Assembly: GCA_003971905.1 (NCBI GenBank)
Contig: RSEE01000033.1
Location: 620,001-657,682, forward strand
Source of the DNA: Moniliella sp. 'wahieum'
Taxonomy: Eukaryota
Direction: 5' to 3'
Length of the DNA: 37,682 nt
Below the pieces are notes generated by a model that searched no databases, had not been told where the DNA came from, and saw nothing but the letters and a program-made list of their open reading frames with translations. The first letter of the stretch is position 1; the number at the start of each line of letters is the position of its first letter. A program made the position numbers and the translations under genes. Positions 23,569 through 33,940 of the stretch are shown piece after piece.

Positions 23569-24698
23569 CATTGGTGGCGCTATCAGTAACCCATGCAAAA
23601 TGAACGGTTTGGGTTAGGCGTAGCGTTTCCCCCCCGTCCAGCCTTAAGCTCTGTCAATGATATGGATGCAGTACAGAGATAGGGGTACATATGAAATCTT
23701 TGGACTGAGGTCAATCGAAGCTACTCACGGTCTATGTCTCTCCTCATAGCCTGGTCGAACCGAGTGGGGTGTGTAGAGACGAGGGAGACACCCTCTAGTT
23801 GGGTGGCTACCTGCGTATACAAATGCCAAAGCCCAGATCCTACGATGACGAGGCAGTGTGCGTAGTAGGTCGTCAAATAGTCAGTTGAACTAGGGGTTGA
23901 GGTACCGCAGGGTAAAACGATGGCTGTTTGGTCGTTACCACTCTCAACGCCGTAGGGGCGGAATCAACCAGAGTCCTAACCAGGAACTAAAGAGAAAACA
24001 CTAAGCTACCCGAAGTAGTATCGCTGCGGATTGTAATATAACGGTGACCTTAAGTCGTACTTTCGTAAAGCATACTAGTGAAAGGAGTCAAGGACGAAGA
24101 AGGTAGAAGCGCAGGGTGACCAGAGTGCAAACCAGAGCTGGAGAGAGGTTGGAGTCGGTGAAAACATTAACAGAAGAGGATCATAAGCAACAGGATGGTC
24201 GAGAAGGGCCACAGAGCTAGTAAGCCTTGACAGAGGGCTGTTTACATACCGAAGAAAAGGGATCAAGCGATCAGGCCTTAGGACAGAGTATAAACATGTG
24301 TGTAAGGGCTTTCCAGAGAGATAAATACTAGCACACATCAATATATGCATTCAAAGGCGCTGACACTGCGCAGGCGGGCGCAGAAGATGAAGAGTTCAGC
24401 AAAGAATGAGCACGATGCCAGGGTACAAGGTTGTATCGATGAGCCCATTGGATGCAACCATGGCGGCTCGGAGAGTACTCGCAGTGGCATATCCGTAATG
24501 GATACTAACGAAGTTGCCCGCTGACTCTCTTTGGCTAGTAACTAATAATGTCTAACGGGACTGGCGTATGTTGGGAAGAGAAGCCGACTATGACATGCGA
24601 TGGGTGACATGTGCTACATAAGTTCGGGACCAGAAAGAGGGCACACTGATTGTGAAGTTTTGGCCAAAAGAAGAAGAAGAGGGGAATAAGAACGAGGA

Positions 24699-27120
24699 CT
24701 AGGAAGAAAATAGTAGACGACAGCGTAGAAGAGGGATGGGGGTGGGGATAGGGGTGGGGGTGGCGGGGAAATCAGAGAGGTAAACGTGGGTGCCCAATAC
24801 CTGACTCATCGGTATGCACAGTGACCCTCCTGGTCCGGCGGGGCCGGGCGTGCACTGGGACCCGGGCCCCAGAAGGTTGGTGGGTAGCATAGGTGAGGTC
24901 GGACGAGAAGCGCGTATACTTTCCTGGACGACCAGACTGACCCGGCTGGCCTGGCAGGCCAGAATAGAGGGATAGGCCTGGCCGAGCTGAAGGGGCGGGC
25001 GAACCAGAAAGGGTGGAAGGGGCATAGGACGCAGCAAAGCGAGAACGATCAGTATAGCCAGGCGATCCCAAAGAACGGGAATGTCCAAGGCGGCCAGAGG
25101 GCCCGGCTGAGTAGGGCTTCGGGAAATAGTTGAAGGACTACCAGGCTGCCCAGAAAGACCGTGCTGGTCAGGATGAGGGCCTGGATAATAACTAGATGAG
25201 CCGTATTGCCCAGAGGCGCCACGACCAGGATCCATATAAACAGAAGGCACAGACATGCGAGAAGACCCGGAAGAACGACTTGAAAGACCAGGCGGAGGAG
25301 GGCCTGGATAGCGAGAAGGACCAGGAGAAGAATCAGTATACGTAGAAGATCCCGAAAAGGCCGCGCGACCAAGAGTAGCAGGAGCAGGAAGGGGTGAAGG
25401 TCCTGGGAAATGGTCAGCGGTGCGAGGAAGACCAGAAACGTGGCGGAAGAGAGACTTGAGGGGTAATTTGCTGGAAGGCCAGAAGGGTGGCCAGAGATGG
25501 GATCAAGGAGGGGGGCAGAGTGCAGGCCAGAGCGGTGGCCAGAGATGAGGGGGGCAGGGGAAACGGGCCTAGTGTAAAAACCCAACGGGTCAGGCAAGGC
25601 AGAACCTGGAAGAGGTGACGTGCCTCGTGTGTGAGGCTCGCGGTTCCACCACATAGATGGTACACCAGGCTCGCCGTCCCACCGCGCGGGCGTCGCCGTT
25701 TGGGTCTGGGCGGGCGAAATCTCTTCAGGATGGTACGTTGGCGGCTTGGCTCGAGTATCGTGGTACCGCCGTTCCCATTCCCCGTCCACTAGGCCTTCAG
25801 ATCCAGGGAGCGGCTGGGCGTATCCATGGTCGCGTACGTCTTCTGGACCAGGCGCCACAACGGCTCTCATCTTTGACGGTGGGGTGGAGAGGCGTCATCA
25901 AGGAGTGCAGACGGTAGGGTGCGTGCCTGTGGTGCAAGGGGGTGCACAGCTCCCTCCATCCGAGGTACCTCGGGAGCAGCGACCTGAGCGACAGGGGAGT
26001 GATGTCCTTCGCGAGGAATGTAAATGATCCATGGCTCATATCCACCCCGTGCCATACGAGGGTCAAGAAACGTGTTCCCTGGCGGAGGTGGGGTGCGGGC
26101 CGAGGAGACGGAGGGGGAGTGCACGAGGTCGGTCTTGCCTATCGTCTAGCATATCTTGAGCAGAACGTTTACGGCGGGAACCCGAATTGTTGCGGATGCG
26201 AATCTTAAGCCCTTGGTCGGCAAAGGCGCGGGAGAGGGCGGAGGATTCAGTCATGCCCGGGAAGCGTTTGGGTGCATAGACGTGGAAATGGTTGGAGTAC
26301 TGGGAGGCGCAAAAGTAGACATGACTGCCAACCGTCTCATAGAGAACAAACTTGAGGCGGTACCAGCCTTCGACGCGGACTGAGAGGTCGGGGAAAACAA
26401 AAAGGCCTGATTCCTCCCATCCAAGTCTTTGAGACGGTGCAAACCCGACACACAGCTTCCGGTTGTGAATCTTCGATGGCCATCAGGGATGAGGTGCAGC
26501 TCCCGATTTTCGTTTGAAGCCGCGAGCATGGCATAGAGAAAGTAGCAGGGATTGTCCATGTACCACGTCCGGTCTTCCCAACCGAACCCCAGTGGCGTCT
26601 GACAGCGCTGCCCGCGAGAGATGAGGGCACCTACATCCAACGGTGTTGGGTGGTTCCGTGCGTATTCCGGTACCACTGCAGAGGCAACGTTGGTAACGGG
26701 CTGGGGATGGGCAATCACTCGCAGCTGCACGATGGGAGCGGGGTCGAGCGGACGGCGCTCATATCTCTCGCCCACACCACACATGCGCGATTGCAGTGGC
26801 TGCTCGCGGATGATTAGCTGGTATTCCAGTTGGTCGCGGCCAGTGACGATCTGGGGTACTGCCGCAAATGTGTAACTACTCTGGGTTGTGCTGGAGCGAC
26901 AAGTAAGAGCAGGTGCGCACATAGAAGAGCCAGAGCCACCCGCATCGCGGTCGCGATCACCATCTTCAGCTCCAGGTCCAGGTTCAGCTCCAAGTCCGGG
27001 TCCAACGCCAACTCCAAGCCCAGGTTCAGCGGCAAGAAGATGACCAAGACCCGGACCAGGCCCCATGCCAGCGCCAGGTCCAATCCCAGCTTTGCCCGAT
27101 CGACGGTGGTGCCGGGTCAT
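24699..27120 (-). CDS. Velvet-domain transcription factor, VosA-like
   Basis: YQLIIREQPLQSRMCGVG..ERRPLDPAPIVQL...TGSCVSGLHRLKDLDG...FVFPDLSVRVEGWYRLKF...YAPKRFPGMTESSALSRAFADQGLKIRIR, then a long Pro/Ser/Gly-rich tail over several frames. Gly/Pro repeat at the N-terminus; 3' end approximate. Confidence 0.92.
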
Positions 27121-27833
27121 GATGGCGGGGGCGGGGAGAATGGCAGGCTAGCGTGTACAGTGCTCCCTACAACACAGGCACGAACCTCGGAAGAAGAAGC
27201 AGGTGCAGTGGTCAAGGTGAGGAGGGTTGGAGTAGGGCTGGACAGGGGGGAAGGGGAAGGGAAGGCCAGGCCAAACCCAGGATGGAGGTCACGGCAGAGG
27301 GCAAGGCAGGAGGGCGGATGGGCAGCTGGGAAAGAAGACGCCGGGGTACGCCACCCGAGGTTACTGCCGAGAGGGGAGCGCTGATGCGGCCAGTGGGCCG
27401 GTGCCGTGTGCAGAGGTGTCTCGATCTCTGCCTGCGCGTTTGTACCGGGCGGCCAGCGTCACGATTACGCCGGAGGAATACGAGGGATGGGGCGGGGGCA
27501 CACGGACGTAGCTGCTAATACGACCTGCACGGCGGCCCAGAGTGCAGAAGAGAAACGTCTTCCGGTTGGAAAGAGGTACCGGTGGCGGTGGAAGAAGAAG
27601 AAAGAGGCAGGCAACGAGCGGTGGCCGAGATCCTGGCGAGGCAGGTTATGCTCCCGACATCCGCTCGGGCATAGTCGCCGGCCTCATTCATGCATGTGGC
27701 CTCATCAGCATCACCAAGCCCTGTCGGCATTCCCTCTGGTGTATGTGGTCCTTCTCGTGAGACACCCATACGTACCCACCTCGGCTGGGCACGCTGCCCC
27801 AGTAGGCCGGGGGCCTTGTTCTGGTACTATAGC

Positions 27834-27882
27834 CTTCAAGCTAAGCTTCAGGCTTCAAGCTTCAAGAGCTTCAAGCTTCAAG
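27834..27882. repeat. Tandem heptamer array CTTCAAG
   Basis: CTTCAAG CTAAG CTTCAGG CTTCAAG CTTCAAG AG CTTCAAG CTTCAAG. Confidence 0.9.
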
Positions 27883-28332
27883 CATGCTGGCTTTCTGGCG
27901 TTACTAGGTACATACACTGTGCGAGTCGTACACTATCCTGCCTGCTATTTGCCCTTTGCACGTCTGGGCCGCCCTTGCGGCAGATGGCAGGTAGTGGCTT
28001 GTCGCCGGTGCCTGACCCCACGGTCTAGCCCTCTGCCTCGCACAGCGTGCAGCCCGTATGCTGGTGGATGATTTGGAAGACGGGCGGGATAGTCGTGGGC
28101 AGGCTGGGGTGGCAGCAGGATGGCTCAAGCGCCCATCACATTCATCCACCCATGCACGCTAGCCATACGTAGCGCCATGAAATGAATGATGGGGTGGGCG
28201 TTGGACATGGTCCTGCACCCTGCCTCATCACTCGTCTCTATGGTTGAACACGGTGAACGCGTCCTGAGAGATCCTGGTGCTCTCCTAGATCCTAGGGCCT
28301 AGCTTGCCGGAATCCCCACATCACAGGGCCCC

Positions 28333-28560
28333 TGTCACATGTCACATCACATGCCACATGTCACACCTTTGCCTCGCCGGAGGGTCCCTCACATTGTCAC
28401 CCGCCACGCTGGCAAGTGACGCGTGATGTGTGACGAGTGCCGGCTTTGGTGTCACATGTGACCGGTGACATGTGACAGTGAAGCTGAAGCGGAAGGGTGA
28501 ACATGTGACGTGAGCATGTGAAGGGTGATACGGGACGTGCGATCGGTGATCTGTGACCGG
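28333..28560. repeat. Cluster of TGTCACA/TGTGACA/GGTGACC-type heptamers
   Basis: TGTCACA TGTCACA..TGCCACA TGTCACA (28333-65); TGTCACA TGTGACC GGTGACA TGTGACA (28450-77); further copies up to ~28560. Confidence 0.85.
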
Positions 28561-30017
28561 GACCTCAGGCGGCTTGCAGTTTGCAGGTGTTCCAGGCGCC
28601 ACAGGGCCCCACTAGCTCTCTGGGCCCATCACTGACCAGGACCCACTGACCGGTGACCACACCGACTGGCAAGTGATATGGATGTGATGGGGGATGTGTG
28701 ACCTGGTGTCACGTGTCAGTCATGGACAGAAAACTTCCCCAGCACCTGAGCACCGAGTCACCAGTCACTCGCCCTAGCCACCAGCCCCTGTGACTTGCAT
28801 GTGGCTAGGGAGTCACTTGCAGTAGCTTCGCTCGTTGCGGCAGCGCGCATGCTACCCGTTATCGGTTCCGCGTTGCGCTACGCGTTACCGGGTTGCCCAC
28901 GGGCCCCCAGGCCCTGCCCTACCAGACCTCGGCCCCCATCGACGTCGGCCATCCACCGTGCAATGTCATTTGCAATCTTTTGGCTGTTCTCATGGGTCAC
29001 CGGTCCCTACGAGTATACGATCATCGATCCTCGCTCACTGGCTCATGTATCTGAGGCCTGATGCACCTGAGGCCTGATACCTGATGGCTCCACAGTTCGC
29101 TCAGCCGCGCAGCACTCAGGCTGAGCTCAGCGCGCTCGCGCTCAGCGCTCATTAATCATTGTAGCCACTGCTCACTATATATAGCCAGTAGCTTCAAGCT
29201 CACTAGCTTCACTAGCTTCGCGGGGGACGGAGTCGTGAGTACGTGAACGTGTGACATGTGAACTGCATGTGAACACTGAGCCAGCCACCGGACCCCTATA
29301 GCCAGCCAACCCCTGGCCATTTCCCCGGTCCCGTTCCCGAGAGACCAGTGGCTGCGGGTATATGTGAATTGCGCTTTGTGTGCATTACACGCAATATGCA
29401 AAACGGCAGAGGTGACGGCAGTACAACCGCGACACCAAGATCCACATGCAACACTAGAAAACGTCTTGTCATCACTCGTCGATCAGTGTACATTAGTACA
29501 TCAGTCCATCAGCGCATCATCAGAAATGCACTGGTCCAATTTCCAACCAGTGTGCTGGGGTAATAGTATCCTCTGGTGCTGGCACACCCGCTGTATGCGG
29601 GCGTGATAGGGCCCAGAGCGGAGGACGAAAGGGACTGTGCGTGACATGGAATCCATACATATGGCGAGAGGCAATCTTGGCGAAGGAACCATGACACTAT
29701 ACACGCGTACCAGCCCCTCTCCACAGCTATAGGGATCGCGATGAGAATCGCCGACATCAGGCCAGTAGGAAAAAAACAAACTGTTTTGCTCCACACACAC
29801 CCGGCACAATCCGTCGAGAGCCGGTGAGCGGTGAGGGTGTAGGTTGAAGCTTTTACAGAGAGGCTATGCAAGCATAAGTGCACATGAGCATCGGTGCAGA
29901 AAGGTCAATATCTGAGCTCAGCGCTAGCAGGGAACGTTGGTGGTTGACGTTGGAGACGTTTAACTTAACTTTTAACGTTTAACGGGTTTTAACGTTGGGT
30001 TATAACCGCTGTGTTCT

Positions 30018-30053
30018 AGTGACTGCCAGTCACTAGTCACTAGTCACTAGTCA
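30018..30053. repeat. Tandem heptamer array AGTCACT with an inverted copy
   Basis: AGTGACT GCC (AGTCACT)x3 AGTCA. Confidence 0.9.
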
Positions 30054-31435
30054 TCTCCCCCCACACATACAGACCCACACCCCCGTTGGCACGAAGCATC
30101 CTTACGCGTTACGACCAGCCAGTAGGGTCTCATTGCATGAACCGCGCAGACGCAATAACCCGCCACAGTCGAGTTTTACGTCTCTGTCCTGTTGACCCTC
30201 CGGGGTCCGTAGAGAGGGTCACTATCGCCTCTTAAAGCTTAAACCATAATGCTGTTTTGGTCCCCTTTCTCTAAATGGCTGCGGGGATGTTAGACCGGGC
30301 TTTGGACCACATGCTGCCAGGAGTCACCACGGTTAACTCCTTCGCCTTTCTTTTCTCTTCTGGGCGTAGTCCCACATTCTGTCATTATTGAACCATATCA
30401 CCGCATTCATATCTTCTGTCCGAAGGAAAAAAGGACTCGCTGAGATATCTGGGCCAAAATTAATATGTCCAACATGCCGAGGTTTTGGGTAATGGAGTTA
30501 GAACTGTCCATGCTTCAAAGGCTGTGCTAATATAGAACGGATTTTTGGACGACGAGAGGGGCACCAGCGCTCTCAGTCTGAACGCCCAGCCTCAAAGAAC
30601 AGGGGAAACCCACACCCTCTCTCGGACAAGAAGACGACGCATGAGAAATTGCAGTAAACCCATGTGGATTGCAATTCTTTTAGACCCACGCAGGATCGGA
30701 GGGATAAACTAAGAGAGAGAGATGAAGATGAAGAAGGAAGCAAGGGGGTGCACAGCTTATGAGCGGAGAACGCTTCCACCCCCAACTCAGAAAGCGTCTC
30801 CAAAATTGTGGCGTCTGCGTATTTGAGTGAATCATGTTGGTGTCTAATACGGAGGAAACCTTAGATAAAATGCCATACACACCTATTACGGCATGCGCCC
30901 TTGGATGTAAGACCCGCATAGAACAGTTTGCGCTCTTGTCTCTTTGAAGCTAATGCGTCTCTCCTCAGATCTCAGACCTCAGGCCCTCTCGCAGGCCTTG
31001 CTGACCTCACCATCGAAGATCCCTTCCCCCAGAAAAAGATACTGCTGCGGGCCTCACGGATGGGTCAGACGGTGGCTGTGAGCGCTGACTCTCGTGGTGT
31101 GTGGATCAGAACTGATCTTGGCTTCCCAGCTGCGTGCCAAAAGTATACCGATATACCGACAGTGGGGGAGAGACGAGCGGTTGAGAGAATCCAGAGAGAC
31201 TATGATAAGAAAAGATGAGTACAACAGAAGCAGGATGAGATCTGAGATCTACAAGGAGAGGAATGGAACGATAGACCAGTGGAAGGAGAACTGGAATGGT
31301 GACGTTAGTGTGAATTTAGATGTGGCTGTGGCCCTCCGAGAGACCTGAGATCTGACCCGTGGTCGCGCGGTCAACAGTAAAGTAGTGTGGCGTATACAAA
31401 AGGTATATAGACGGGGGGTGGCGTCGCCGGAAAAG

Positions 31436-31671
31436 TGTGAAAATATAACGTTTGCCGTAACGCACGCCTTCTGTGGTTTTGTGCTTGGTGCGGCAGTGTC
31501 TGAGCCTGAGCATCGAGCACAGAGTACAGAGTCTCTTCTTTAATATAGCCCCTCCCCTCTGAGAGGAGCTGAGCGCTGAGCGTCTGAACTCCACAACGTG
31601 GGTGTGAGTGAAGTGGGTCCAAAGTGTGTGGGTTATTAGGTTCCGCCATTAAATCGACCCTATATTCCACA
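31436..31671 (-). mobile_element. Possible solo LTR
   Basis: Minus strand TGTGGAATATA...GGCTATATTAAAG...TATATTTTCACA: TG..CA ends with imperfect inverted termini and an internal TATA box. No target-site duplication. Confidence 0.3.
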
Positions 31672-32169
31672 ACGTCATTCTGTCTCGCCGGATACCACCG
31701 TTTCGGAACCGGCATGTGCACGCCAAGAGAGACCTCACCCACAAAGCAATGCTTTCTTCAAGTTGAAATCCCAAGTATATATTGTTCCCCTCCATTATTT
31801 GTATGCCGCAGGAACCGGTAATCAACAGTTTCCAACAAAACGTGTAATCTCCCAACCCCAAGCGATGACATTTGACCGGTCGACGAGTTTCGTGATGGGC
31901 GCGACGTTCAACGTACGCCGTTCAGCGCTATAATGTTAAACGCACGTTAACGAGCGTGTAACGTAACGTGTAACCCCTACTACGTATAGTTTGGCACAGA
32001 CAGAGTAACCCCGGGTGTATCGCGGTTTATCTCCTTTCAAATTTCACGAGAGATGAACGTTGCCAGTGGATGTGCTCAACAGGCAGTGTTAAATGAAGAA
32101 CGGTATAAAACACTCAGCTAGATAGTAGGCGATCCCCGTCGAGGCTCATAGGCAGGCATAATAACACTA

Positions 32170-32385
32170 CCGACCCCATTTTGATAGTGTACACGTCATC
32201 GATATCCACCGTGGCCTTGATGTCGCTGATGTCAGAAACCTTATTTATTCTGACATCCAGGATGTCAGCGCCATCTCGGCTCCCCCTTGCTATCCCTCGG
32301 GTCAAGGACGCGAGTGAGGTCAAATCTGTTATCGGCGACCACAAGGACATCAGTGCCATCAGTCTTCAAGCTTCAATGTTCAAGC
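32170..32385. repeat. Degenerate 9-bp-periodic GAYRTC tract
   Basis: Recurrent GATGTC/GACATC/GATATC, often 9 bp apart; reads ...DGADILDVR...SDISDIKATVDIDDV on the minus strand. Confidence 0.5.
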
Positions 32386-32540
32386 AAAAGGCAATGGTCC
32401 CTGGATCTGCTTATGCAACCTCGATGGTGGCCGGTCAGAGGGGCAGGCACCCTCGCATCGTATCTTTGGGCGAGGCGATGGCCCCGTGTTCCGCCGCTGT
32501 TCCGCCTGTTAGACTGTGATCCTGCAGCTGTTCTTATCCC

Positions 32541-32612
32541 GGCTCGATAGCTTAGTGGTAACGCATCCCTGGCCAATAGGCGATGACATGGGTTCGAATC
32601 CCATTCAAGCCT
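32541..32612 (+). pseudogene. Degenerate tRNA-like sequence (pseudo-tRNA or SINE head), nominal anticodon CCA
   Basis: GGCTCGA-TA-GCTT-AGTGGTA-ACGC-A-TCCCT-GGCCAAT-AGGCG-ATGAC-ATGGG-TTCGAAT-CCCAT-TCAAGCC-T. Canonical spacing, intact A and B boxes and a perfect T arm, but mismatches in the acceptor, D and anticodon stems and G instead of U33. TTTT follows at 32616-32619. Confidence 0.7.
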
Positions 32613-33127
32613 CTCTTTTCCTCACTGTTTCCCCCGGGTTGTGCCCTCCCACACCGCCTCCTTGGACGTGTTTGCCACGTATTCGCTGCTTCGCCACAGT
32701 TGACCAACGATGGGCCAGACATTTGTGCTCCATGCATCACACCACTACTTTTCTTTGCATCTCGTCCAAGTAAGCGATCTGTGGGCGACCGTGACGCGTG
32801 ACGAGACCTGGAGTCCAGATGGTCCTCGAGGGTGATGCAATCGCACTGGTGGTGGTGGTCTAAGCCAACCAGCAACGCCTACAGAGGAACATCAAGCAGT
32901 GAGTCGTCACCAGGGGCTAAGCTGCGGAACCAGGAAAAAACAGGAGAGAAAACAACGGAACTCCCAGGCCTGAGGAGAAACTGAAGGGGCATTGGCCAAA
33001 GCACGAGCCACCTGATGGCTCAAGACCGCTATGCGCCTCACTAGGAGACCACCGGGCCCACTGTTGCCACGTGGCTGGCTAGGTCTTCTGCAGTTAGCTT
33101 ACCTACTCAAAAGCTTTTGTTTCTTCT

Positions 33128-33277
33128 TGTAGCAACGCCTGTATTTGCCTTGCCTCCACCTGTATCCCGCTCCCGCTTATATACTCGATACTCCTCCTCT
33201 CTCTCTCCGCTGTATTCGCTGTCTGCATCGTAGAGACTGTTGTGTCTCGCTTGTTCTGGCATACTTGCGTCGCTACA
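33128..33277 (-). mobile_element. Solo LTR-like element (150 bp)
   Basis: Minus strand begins TGTAGCGACGC and ends GCGTTGCTACA (11-bp inverted termini, 1 mismatch, TG..CA), with internal TATATAAG and AATACA near the 3' end. No PBS, PPT or TSD seen. Confidence 0.6.
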
Positions 33278-33485
33278 CCACGGCCCGGTTTGCTGAGGCT
33301 TCGCCCCAGCCTGTTGGGCTGGGTCACCGTCGCCACCGTAGCCACCGTTCCCCCTAGAGATACGCGCTGGCTGGGTGGACTGGAACGTGGCACACATCAG
33401 CTGATGTAAAAGTGTACAGGGGCGTTTCCCATTTCCCGTTTTTTCACCCGGCCTCACGTAGTTCGAAGAGTACCAGAGTACTGGT

Positions 33486-33611
33486 AGAGCTAGTGAAGCT
33501 TGAAGCTTGAAGAGCTAGTGAAGCTTGAAGCTTGAAGAGCTAGTGAAGCTTGAAGCTTGAAGAGCTAGTGAAGCTTGAAGCTTGAAGAGCTAGTGAAGCG
33601 AAGCTTGAAGA
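33486..33611. repeat. 25-bp minisatellite (AGAGCTAGTGAAGCTTGAAGCTTGA) x ~5
   Basis: Four perfect units 33486-33585 plus a fifth with a 2-bp deletion. No spacers. Confidence 0.97.
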
Positions 33612-33940
33612 GATTATCGATTGGCATGAGATCCGAGATCGCAGTAGGTGATCAGTCGATGGATCCGCAAGCAGCAGGGCTGTACTGGTGCTGAGTGTAA
33701 GGTGAATCCCACGGCATCACAATATGGTGGGCGTGAGTAAAAAGGTCTCATCGATCATCGGCCTGAGCAAAGGAGCAACTCAAATAACGCAGGAGGCCCA
33801 GATCGCGTACCGGAAGGTGGTACATGAGAGCACTGCGACGCCTTTAAAGCTCTGACAATGATAGGGATGCAGTATAGAGATAACTCCACTCCTCTCAGTG
33901 GCATGGTTCGGCGTAATCGTAATTTGATGTCCTCGACCAA

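Noticed and set aside
24731..24768. G-quadruplex-like G runs
   Set aside because: Antisense of a Pro-Thr/Pro-Ile coding stretch at the velvet gene's 3' end.
20382..30053. AGTCACT or CTTCAAG arrays as interstitial telomere repeats
   Set aside because: Many different heptamer sequences occur, in mixed orientation and without G-strand bias, which does not fit a single telomerase template.
33486..33611. CRISPR array
   Set aside because: Units are contiguous with no unique spacers, the context is eukaryotic and there are no cas genes; it is a minisatellite.
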